Below are positions 1-6,130 of a stretch of DNA of 10,677 nucleotides, piece by piece (the stretch's first letter is position 1; every line of letters begins with the position of its first letter). The DNA comes from Candidatus Altiarchaeales archaeon IMC4 (GTDB taxonomy: Archaea; Altiarchaeota; Altiarchaeia; IMC4), in the NCBI GenBank assembly GCA_001742785.1, contig MCBF01000001.1:45739-56415 (forward strand). Direction: 5' to 3'. Position numbers and translations under genes: made by a program. The notes under the pieces are model-generated. The model did no database searches. It saw only the letters and a list, made by a program, of their open reading frames with translations, and had not been told where the DNA came from.

Positions 1-477
1 CCGAAGGAAGGCAATTTCTCGCTATCCGCGAAGCTTATTGTAAACCAAAAGCAGGTGGATGAGAAGGTAAAGCAAAACATGATAATTGTATACGCACCGA
101 AGGAAACAAACATAATCTGGCGCAATCTCAAATGGCTCGTTCTCGCACTACTCATACTTGCCGCAATACTCGTTTTAGAAAGCCGCCAGAAGGTTGCAGT
201 AACAAAAACAAAGGAAGGCGAAACCGTGAAAGTCGTTGTCGAGAACAGGACAAGAAAAGATGTCCATGACTGCACAATCGAGGACGAGATACAGCAGAAC
301 TGGGAGGTGCGCGCAAAGACCATCGGCTCAACTAGGCACGACCGGCGGATCTCGTGGGAGATCGGCACCCTCAAGGCGGGCAAAAGGGTGGTTTTTGAAT
401 ACAATGTAAAGGGCGCAGACATCGTTCTGCCGGCGAGGGTCTTTTGGGAAGGCGGCGAGGCTATATCTAAACAATAA
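1..477 (+). CDS. 3' part of a membrane-anchored hypothetical protein (5' end outside the window)
   Basis: Frame 1 is open from base 1 (PKEGNFSLSAKL...) to TAA at 475-477. It has one hydrophobic segment (WLVLALLILAAILVL) followed by a beta-rich C-terminal domain. Confidence 0.75.
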   Translation, partial: PKEGNFSLSAKLIVNQKQVDEKVKQNMIIVYAPKETNIIWRNLKWLVLALLILAAILVLESRQKVAVTKTKEGETVKVVVENRTRKDVHDCTIEDEIQQNWEVRAKTIGSTRHDRRISWEIGTLKAGKRVVFEYNVKGADIVLPARVFWEGGEAISKQ

Positions 478-528
478 GATTTTCAAGTTACAAAAAATTG
501 TGCAAAAAACTCACGATTCTATGCCGCA

Positions 529-736
529 TAAGCGTTTGTGCCACACGCATTTGCGACATTGTCGCAAATGCGTGTGGTAATTTCGAGGACGGCACAAACG
601 GTATCCACGAAACTCCGAAGAGTTTCGGGACACATGCGTTTGCCAAAGGCAAACGATGTCCCGAATTCGCCGAGCGAATTCAAGGATCGGCTGCCCAGCA
701 GCCGCTTGTCCCAAAATCGCTCGGCGATTTTGTGGA
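529..736. repeat. Nested array of two-hairpin insertion units (3 complete + 1 partial)
   Basis: Seven stem-loops joined by TA/TCC/GGA/CA/TG linkers, e.g. CGAAACTC-CGAA-GAGTTTCG (608-627), CGTTTGCC-AAA-GGCAAACG (637-655) and the perfect 18-bp stem at 541-577. Same grammar as the inserts in tnpA. Confidence 0.85.
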
Positions 737-809
737 AGCGTAGACTACACCTGCGTACACAACAAATATCTCCATTTGTTTATGCCGCACATTTTGAAAA
801 AACACTACG

Positions 810-2045
810 ATGAGACTTGATTTCTGGAGAAGAAAAAAAGAGGAAGTAATCAAAGAGGAGCATGTTTCTTTCGACGAACTTGAGGGGTACATAAGCAGGC
901 AGCTCGGCAAGGAAAACGAGAGAATACGCGATGATGCAAAGAGGATAATCGAGGAAATCTCCAGGGTGCGGGGCAGCATAGCCTTAGAGATAAAAGACCT
1001 TGAAAAAGCAGGAATCCCAAAAGAGGTCCCGAAACGCGCCCACAAGGCGATTGAAACGGCAAAACCCCATTTCGTCAAAAGCATGCTCGCGGAGATCGAA
1101 AAACTCGAAGCCGGCGCGCGCAACTACGCGGAAATAGAGGAGTTCAACAAAAAAACGAAAGAGGCCCTTTCGTCGATAGAGCAGATGCTCCTGCGCGGCA
1201 GGTACCTACCAATAGCGTTCGGGGAGCAGTACCACAGGATAGTCGCGCAGTCAAAAAAACTTCTCGAACAATCCGACCAGCTTGACGGCCTTTTGCACTC
1301 GAAACAGGCAAGGGAACTGCGCAAGATACTCTTAGAGCAGCGCTATATACTGGAAAAAAAGGGCGAAATCAGGAAGCGTTCGGCGGCGAAAACGACGGCA
1401 CGAGAGAATCTTTCCGGTGCCGAAAAAGACCTGAAAAAGATAGAAGATGACATTGAAAAAATCACAAAAGGAATGCCCTACCTTGCCCACAAGGAACTTG
1501 AGAAGAAACTCAAAGACACGCAGGAAGAGGTTCGAAAAACAGGCGAGCGCATCCACGAGGGGATAACTCCTCTGAAGAGGCAGCTTCGCATGTTCAAACG
1601 GGGCGCCGACAGGGTGACGGAGAAACTCATAGATGCCTACATAGAATGCCCGATTTCCGGGATGATGTCCGATGAAAAAAACGAGATGGACAAACTCCTC
1701 GCAAGCATGAAGGAATCGGCGGGGAAAACTCTGGAAGATGACGGTGAAAAGATTACCCACAGGATAGATGCCGCAGTAAACGCGCTGGCAAAAAGGCAGG
1801 ACTACAAAAAGGCGCGGGACTTGGTCGAAAAAATAAAACAGGAGGTTTCGGCATCGGGGGTTCCCCACGCGATGCAGCGGAAGGAATCCGAGGCAGCAGG
1901 AATCAAGAACACTATCGCGGCAATCGAGACGGAGATAAAAAACGAAGGGGAAAAGATTAAAGAAGCCGAATCGGAAATCAGGGACAAAACAGATGCCCTT
2001 CGCAAATACCTGAAAGAACGGAACATTACCCTGGCCACAACATAA
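810..2045 (+). CDS. Hypothetical coiled-coil-rich protein (411 aa)
   Basis: Long ORF with ATG start, rich in K/E/I/L with heptad-like character. No Walker A or other motif recognised. Confidence 0.85.
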   Translation: MRLDFWRRKKEEVIKEEHVSFDELEGYISRQLGKENERIRDDAKRIIEEISRVRGSIALEIKDLEKAGIPKEVPKRAHKAIETAKPHFVKSMLAEIEKLEAGARNYAEIEEFNKKTKEALSSIEQMLLRGRYLPIAFGEQYHRIVAQSKKLLEQSDQLDGLLHSKQARELRKILLEQRYILEKKGEIRKRSAAKTTARENLSGAEKDLKKIEDDIEKITKGMPYLAHKELEKKLKDTQEEVRKTGERIHEGITPLKRQLRMFKRGADRVTEKLIDAYIECPISGMMSDEKNEMDKLLASMKESAGKTLEDDGEKITHRIDAAVNALAKRQDYKKARDLVEKIKQEVSASGVPHAMQRKESEAAGIKNTIAAIETEIKNEGEKIKEAESEIRDKTDALRKYLKERNITLATT

Positions 2046-2050
2046 ATTTT

Positions 2051-2854
2051 GGGAATTGTTTAATTTCCGTACCAGTTATCTATGGAAATCGCCATATATA
2101 ACTGGTAAAAATGATTAAAAAGTTTGCACGCAAGTTTTTGGAGGCAAAAAAGTGCGTATTTTGCGGAAAATACGGACTTTACAAATTGAAGGATAAGCGG
2201 GTTAAATGCAGACACTGCCGGAGGGCGTACAGCATCAGTAAACTAAGAAAAGAGATGGAGGTCATGCACCTGTTCTCGCTTGAGATCTCGGCCAGAAAGG
2301 CATCCAAGGTGCTTGGTTTGAGTTACGGTTCGGTGTATGACAGATTCATGTCCTACAGAGCGGCAATAGTAAAACGCTGTGAAGAGGACTTTGAAAAACT
2401 GAGCGGCGAACTGGAACTGGACGAGAGTTACTTCGGTGGAAAGCGAAGGGGAAACCGGGGTCGAGGGGCGTTCAACAAGCAGGCGGTTTTCGGCGTGCTT
2501 GCGCGTGGTGGGAAGGCATACATTGTCCCGGTTCCTGACGTGAAACAAGAAACATTGATGGAAGAGGTCAGGGGCAGAACCTACAAGGGGTCGGTGTTCT
2601 ACACTGACTGCTTCAAGAGTTATGCGGGCATAAGGTTTTATGGCAAGCATAGGAAAGTGAACAAGGAATATACGTTTGCCAAAGGCAAAAACCACATTAA
2701 CGGGGTCGAAAGCCTATGGGCTTTCGTTAAAGAGCGAATGTACAAATTTCACGGAGTGAAAATCTACAACTACTATCCTTACCTAAAGGAAATGGAATTT
2801 CGGTTTAACAACCGAAATTCCAATTTATTTAAGAAAGTATTCAATATAAGGTGA
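2051..2854 (+). mobile_element. IS1595-family element, copy 1 (right end not found)
   Basis: 2051-2110 aligns with the left end of copy 2: GGGAATTGTTTAATTTCCGTACCA vs GGTGATTATGGCAAATCTGCACCA, then shared ACCAGTTAT..ATGGAAATCG..ATATATAACTGGT. Its 3' end runs into the TIR of copy 2. Confidence 0.7.
2111..2854 (+). CDS. IS1595-family (ISXO2-like DDE) transposase, 247 aa
   Basis: N-terminal CxxC...CxxC zinc ribbon, HTH, and motifs ELDESYFGG, YTD, HINGVESLW and YLKEMEFRFNNR. The stop codon lies inside the TIR of the adjacent element. Confidence 0.92.
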   Translation: MIKKFARKFLEAKKCVFCGKYGLYKLKDKRVKCRHCRRAYSISKLRKEMEVMHLFSLEISARKASKVLGLSYGSVYDRFMSYRAAIVKRCEEDFEKLSGELELDESYFGGKRRGNRGRGAFNKQAVFGVLARGGKAYIVPVPDVKQETLMEEVRGRTYKGSVFYTDCFKSYAGIRFYGKHRKVNKEYTFAKGKNHINGVESLWAFVKERMYKFHGVKIYNYYPYLKEMEFRFNNRNSNLFKKVFNIR

Positions 2855-2912
2855 TTATGGCAAATCTGCACCAAATCACCCATAAATTATTTTGAACATC
2901 TTCTTAAATACA

Positions 2913-2967
2913 CAAACAATTGGCTTTGCCAATTATTGTGCGCTGGCAAACGTGGTTTGCCTGCGTA
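2913..2967 (-). mobile_element. Two-hairpin insertion unit, 55 bp
   Basis: Minus strand TA-CGCA-GGCAAAC-CAC-GTTTGCC-AGCG-CA / CA-AT-AATTGGC-AAA-GCCAATT-GTT-TG. Removal restores GAT GTA TTT (DVF). Boundary is +/-2 nt. Confidence 0.85.
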
Positions 2968-2991
2968 TCGGAGTTTCGGTTGTTGAACCGA

Positions 2992-3043
2992 TTTTGAAAT
3001 TGACATACAATTTCAAAGCCATGTGAATCTTCGATTCACAATG
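2992..3043 (+). mobile_element. Two-hairpin insertion unit, 52 bp (TTTGAAATT/GCCA subtype)
   Basis: T-TTTGAAATTG-ACATA-CAATTTCAAA-GCCA-TGTGAATC-TTC-GATTCACA-ATG. Removal restores GAG TTT CGG (EFR), matching copy 1 (GAA TTT CGG). Confidence 0.88.
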
Positions 3044-3105
3044 AACTCCATCTCTTTGAGGTAGGGATAGTAATTGCCCTTGTTAATTCCATGATACTTG
3101 TGGAA

Positions 3106-3155
3106 TGTGGCGGACTTATAGTCCGACACGTGTCAGACACAAAGTGTCTGCCACA
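3106..3155. mobile_element. Two-hairpin insertion unit, 50 bp (symmetric variant)
   Basis: TGTGG-CGGACT-TAT-AGTCCG-ACACGTGT-CAGACAC-AAA-GTGTCTG-CCACA. Removal restores KERFHKYHG. Confidence 0.88.
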
Positions 3156-3364
3156 TCTCTCCTTTGCAAAAGACCAGAAACCCTCGATTCCATTGATATG
3201 GTTTCGACCCTTGGCAAAGGTCTTTTCCTTATTTATGCGGCAGTGCTTGCCGTACTGCTTCAGGCCTTTGTAGCTTTTGAAGCAGTCGGTGTAGTACACC
3301 GACCACTTCTCAGTTTTAGTCCGGATATTACCCATCAACGTTTCGGCTGAAACGTCCGGGACGA

Positions 3365-3419
3365 CACGCGAATTCCAGTGGGAGTTCGGTGTACTGAACT
3401 TGCCGAAGCAAGTTCATTA
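3365..3419 (-). mobile_element. Two-hairpin insertion unit, 55 bp
   Basis: Minus strand TAA-TGAACTTGC-TTCG-GCAAGTTCA-GTA / CA-C-CGAACTCC-CACT-GGAATTCG-CG-TG. Removal restores ACC ATC GTC CCG (TIVP). Confidence 0.88.
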
Positions 3420-3921
3420 TGGTTGTGTAAACCTTACCCTGCCGTTCCAGCACACCGAAAATCACTACCTTGTTGAATGCGCCCCTGCCTCGGTTACCCT
3501 TTCGTTTTCCACCGAAGTATGACTCATCGAGTTCCAGCTCCCTACCCCGTTTGCGGAAACTCTTGTCCTGATATTCCGCGAGTTTCTCGCGGAAAAACAT
3601 GTAGCGGGAATACACTGTTTCATAGTCCAAATCCAGTACCTTTGCAGTCTTGCTGGCGGATAATTCTACTGCGAAATAGTGGAGGACATCAAGATCGCGC
3701 TTCAGTTTGGATAGGCTGTAGAAGCGGCCACACGCACCGCACTTAACACGTTTATTAGCCAAACGGTAGAGTATGTATTTTCCGCAGAAAATACACTTTC
3801 TACCATCCAAAAATTTTCCGGTAAAGTTTTTTGCCATTTGCACCAGTTATATATATCGATTTCCATGAATAACTGGTGCAGATTTGCCATAATCACCTAT
3901 AAAATTATTTGAAAATAAACA

Positions 3922-3943
3922 ACCGCCGACTAAAGTCGGCGGT
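3922..3943 (-). other. IS200/IS605 right-end subterminal hairpin
   Basis: Perfect inverted repeat ACCGCCGACT-AA-AGTCGGCGGT, 15 nt downstream of the tnpA stop. Confidence 0.8.
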
Positions 3944-3978
3944 ATTTTGCCAGCGTAGTTACGCTGCGAAGTCCTGCA

Positions 3979-4143
3979 TCCGCGTGAATCCGCTGATCAT
4001 GTGAATCAATAGATTCACAGGACACCGTTTCCGATTCGTCGGAAACGCGTGTTCACGGGACAAGCGATTCCTCGAAGGAATCGATGTCCCGTATCCCTCG
4101 TAGGGATACGAGGACACCGTTTCCGATAAATCGGAAACGCATG
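3979..4143 (+). mobile_element. Nested two-hairpin insert, 165 bp (3 units; inner unit 3997-4051)
   Basis: Removing 3997-4051 restores the hairpin CGTGAATC-CGCT-GATTCACG. Removing the whole insert restores ACT TTG CAG (QTTLQDF). Confidence 0.88.
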
Positions 4144-4211
4144 AAGTGGTCTGGGGACCGCTTTGCTTCACAGGCAGGGTTTCGACCTCGGAGTCAAACT
4201 TCCATTCACCT

Positions 4212-4319
4212 TCCTCATGAATCGTAGATTCATGGGACAAGCATTTGCCGAGGCAAATGATGTCCCGAAACTCAAAAGAGTTTCGAGGATACCATTTGCG
4301 ATTTAATCGCAAATGCTTA
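4212..4319 (+). mobile_element. Two-hairpin insert, 108 bp (2 units)
   Basis: TCC-T-[CATGAATC]-GGA / CA-AG-[CATTTGCC]-A-TG / TCC-[CGAAACTC]-A-GGA / TA-C-[CATTTGCGATT]-CT-TA. Removal restores AGC CAA GGT (SQG). Confidence 0.88.
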
Positions 4320-4425
4320 TGGCTTTGGGCAATGTAGTGCTTGACCGTGTCGGCAGTAACGTTGCCGACAGAGCGGTAAAACTTACCCTTCGACCAAAGG
4401 TGTCCGCCCCATAAACGGCGGCGGA

Positions 4426-4482
4426 CACGCATTTGCGACAAAGTCGCAAATGGTGTCCCGTGAATCTGTGGATTCACGCGGA
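4426..4482 (-). mobile_element. Two-hairpin insertion unit, 57 bp (canonical monomer)
   Basis: Minus strand TCC-G-CGTGAATC-CACA-GATTCACG-GGA / CA-C-CATTTGCGAC-TTT-GTCGCAAATG-CG-TG. Removal restores FPRIRRRLW. Confidence 0.9.
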
Positions 4483-4620
4483 TTCGCGGAAACTCCTGAA
4501 AGAGTTTCCGCGCGGAAACCCCTTTGAAAAGTCGAACAACTTCAGATGGGCATGTGTTCGGCCCAAAGCCGACAAACAGGTGTATGTGGTCTGGCATCAC
4601 CTGAAGTTCATAGATTGTGA

Positions 4621-4674
4621 CAAGCAAATCACAAAGTGATTTGGTGTGCAAAAATTGCAGAGCAATTTTACGCA
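4621..4674 (-). mobile_element. Two-hairpin insertion unit, 54 bp
   Basis: Minus strand TGC-GT-AAAATTGC-TCT-GCAATTTT-T-GCA / CA-C-CAAATCAC-TTT-GTGATTTG-CT-TG. Removal restores YGFTIY. Confidence 0.88.
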
Positions 4675-4743
4675 AGCCGTATGCTTCGGCAATCTCGCGG
4701 AAAATCCGCTCGCATGCGGATTTAATCTCACAGTCCCTAAAGA

Positions 4744-4797
4744 CATTAAAATCACGAAGTGATTTTATGGCTTTGAAATTCCAAAGGAATTTCAAAA
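4744..4797 (-). mobile_element. Two-hairpin insertion unit, 54 bp (TTTGAAATT/GCCA subtype)
   Basis: Minus strand T-TTTGAAATTCC-TTT-GGAATTTCAAA-GCCA-TAAAATCAC-TTC-GTGATTTTA-ATG. Removal restores RFDIFRD. Confidence 0.88.
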
Positions 4798-4827
4798 TAT
4801 CGAAGCGATACCTCGGGGTGCTCACAA

Positions 4828-4937
4828 CAAGCAAGACACTTTTGTGTCTTGGTGTCCGCGTGAATTGTAGATTCACGGGACGTCGTTTGCGACATGTCAC
4901 AAACGCTTGTCCCGAAACTGCAAAACAGTTTCGAGGA
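4828..4937 (-). mobile_element. Two-hairpin insert, 110 bp (2 units)
   Basis: Minus strand TCC-T-[CGAAACTG]-GGA / CA-AG-[CGTTTGTGAC]-A-CG / TCC-[CGTGAAT]-C-GGA / CA-C-[CAAGACAC]-CT-TG. Removal restores the TnpA motif YHIVSTPRYR. Confidence 0.88.
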
Positions 4938-5519
4938 TGTGGTAACACAGTTGTCCGTATCCGTGGTTGTAGCTTCATATAGTATGTGATTTTTATTCTG
5001 GAACTTTTAATTGATTACATGACGTGGAATTTACCTGTTGGCGAGGACTTTCTGCCAAACATTTCCATTGATTTTTTAGAGAAACGTTTGGCCCAAGAGC
5101 AAAAAGCGAAACCCCGCTTGCGGCTGCTTGCCGCATTGCGGCGCAAGCAGAACTGGAGTTTTGATGAAATCGCGAATGATTTACAGTTGCCGCGGCGCAC
5201 TGTCCACGGCGCACTATGGCGTTTTGTGGAACGCGGCATTGATGCTGCCTACGATGCCGCAAGGTGCGGCAGGCACCATTATCTGAATGAAGAACAACAG
5301 ATGGATTTACGGAATCGCCTGACAGCTGGACCCAAGGCCAACGGCTTCAGGGAGGGTTTCTGGACGACGCGGATGGTTTTACACTTCGTGGAGAAAAAAT
5401 ACGGCAGGAGATACACCCGCGAACACATGGCGCGGACACTTCAGAAAATTGGATTCAGCAGCCAGAAACCTCGACCACGGAACGGTAGAAAACCGTCGGA
5501 TGAAGACATCATACGGTTT

Positions 5520-5528
5520 AAAAAAAAG
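5520..5528 (+). other. Probable programmed -1 frameshift site (A8G)
   Basis: A -1 shift on AAAAAAAAG joins ...IRFKK to AHRMVSYYVKRG. This is the usual position for such sites in IS630 elements. Confidence 0.75.
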
Positions 5529-5718
5529 CGCACCGTATGGTGTCTTACTACGTGAAGCGGGGCTACACGTTCTTTTGTCTTGACCAGACCACCTTCAGTT
5601 TAAAGCCTTACGTTGCCCGCGGATGGTTTCTTCGCGGCAGCCGCCCTGCCGTGAAGTTCAACTGGACGCGTAAGCGTTTCCACGCTTACGGCGCGATTAA
5701 TGGCGAAAAAGAACACTA

Positions 5719-5797
5719 TAGTGAATGCCGCAAATAATTGGACAATATGGCATTCACAACTAGCAAAGGACTGTACAAATAACCATGTCCTTTGCTA
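5719..5797. mobile_element. 79-bp double-hairpin mini-element with TA duplication
   Basis: TA|TA-GTGAATGCC-(19 nt)-GGCATTCAC-AAC-TAGCAAAGGAC-(15 nt)-GTCCTTTGCTA|TA. Removing 81 nt restores CAC TAC CTC TTC (HYLF). Confidence 0.82.
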
Positions 5798-6130
5798 TAC
5801 CTCTTCTACGACGAAATAAACTGGCGGACGGTACTGGACTTTATCAGGTACCTTCATCGACATTATCCGAAATTGCTGTTGCTTTGGGACGGCGCGCCGT
5901 GGCACAGGGAGCGCCACGTAAAGGCATACCTCAAGAAGTACGGCATCAAGACGCTGAAATTCCCTGCGTATTCGCCGGAAGAAAACCCCACGGAACAGGC
6001 GTGGAAAACCACCAAACATGCAGCGGCTAATACATACTATCCTGATGAGGAAACATACCGGTGGGAAATCCGCCGGATATTGCGCCAAAAAAATTTGACT
6101 AAAATGTTCCGTTATTTAAATCACTGACTA

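Larger units (their letters stand above)
2876..3837 (-). pseudogene. IS1595-family transposase interrupted by four two-hairpin inserts
   Basis: Removing 55+52+50+55 nt gives 750 nt = 249 aa + TGA, collinear with copy 1: ...KVYTTIVPDVSAETLM...WSFAKERFHKYHGINKGNYYPYLKEMEFRFNNRNSDVFKKMFKIIYG*. Confidence 0.9.
2850..3897 (-). mobile_element. IS1595-family element, copy 2
   Basis: Perfect 24-bp terminal inverted repeats GGTGATTATGGCAAATCTGCACCA (2850-2873 / 3874-3897). TATAA occurs on both flanks (2845-2849, 3898-3902). Confidence 0.92.
3959..4974 (-). pseudogene. tnpA: IS200/IS605 Y1 (HUH) transposase, 5'-truncated and interrupted at six sites
   Basis: Removing 548 nt of inserts gives 155 aa: SYNHGYGQLCYHIVSTPRYRFDIFRD...YGFTIYELQVMPDHIHLFV...FKGVSARKLFQEFPRIRRRLWGGHLWSKGKFYRSVGNVTADTVKHYIAQSQGEW...QTTLQDFAA*. 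HUH (HIH) and the catalytic Tyr (HYI) are present. An in-frame TGA precedes SYNH. Confidence 0.9.
3915..4977 (-). mobile_element. IS200/IS605-family element remnant (tnpA only; left end missing)
   Basis: tnpA is followed by a typical subterminal hairpin. On the minus strand: AAAT-ACCGCCGACT-TT-AGTCGGCGGT-TGT-TTAT. The exact end (TTAT) is inferred. The 5' side abuts IS630. Confidence 0.7.
5019..6127 (+). pseudogene. IS630-family transposase (-1 frameshift type), DDE domain interrupted by an 81-nt insert
   Basis: HTH / winged-HTH ORF A (GFWTTRMV...GFSSQKPRP) and ORF B with CLDQTTF, LLWDGAPWH and YSPEENPTEQAW. In-frame stops occur only inside the insert at 5719-5799. Confidence 0.88.
4980..6130 (+). 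mobile_element. IS630-family insertion sequence
   Basis: Imperfect TIRs TAGTATGTGATTTTTATTCTGGAAC vs TAGTCAGTGATTTAAATAACGGAAC (reverse complement of the right end). Flanked by TA at 4978-4979 and 6131-6132. Confidence 0.88.

Noticed and set aside
529..736. CRISPR array interpretation of the hairpin clusters
   Set aside because: There is no constant repeat with unique spacers; the variable parts are themselves palindromes; and no cas genes are present.
520..789. TATGCCGCA direct repeat at 520-528 and 781-789
   Set aside because: It is only 9 bp, and the second copy lies 44 nt beyond the array end, so it is not a target duplication.
498..813. Short ORFs 498-743, 511-714 and 538-813
   Set aside because: They are translations of the hairpin array; similar peptides (FATLSQMRV) recur in the tnpA insert.
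810..2045. SMC/Rad50-type ATPase call for the coiled-coil protein
   Set aside because: No Walker A/B or signature motif is visible.
2673..2690. CGTTTGCCAAAGGCAAAA in IS1595 copy 1 as an insertion unit
   Set aside because: It encodes FAKGK, collinear with FAKGR in copy 2, and has no partner hairpin or linkers.
4422..4482. TCCGC (minus strand) as a 5-bp target duplication
   Set aside because: Units intrinsically begin TCC-N-C, and other sites show no such duplication.
2913..4937. Inserts as archaeal bulge-helix-bulge introns
   Set aside because: The junctions I checked show 1-nt bulges and 1x2 loops, not two 3-nt bulges around a 4-bp helix. Units also occur in both orientations within one gene and in intergenic DNA.
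4938..4978. ORF-track N-terminus MKLQPRIRTTVLPH as the TnpA start
   Set aside because: The TnpA-like SYNHGYGQLCYHI is in another frame. The ORF exists only because of the 110-nt insert.
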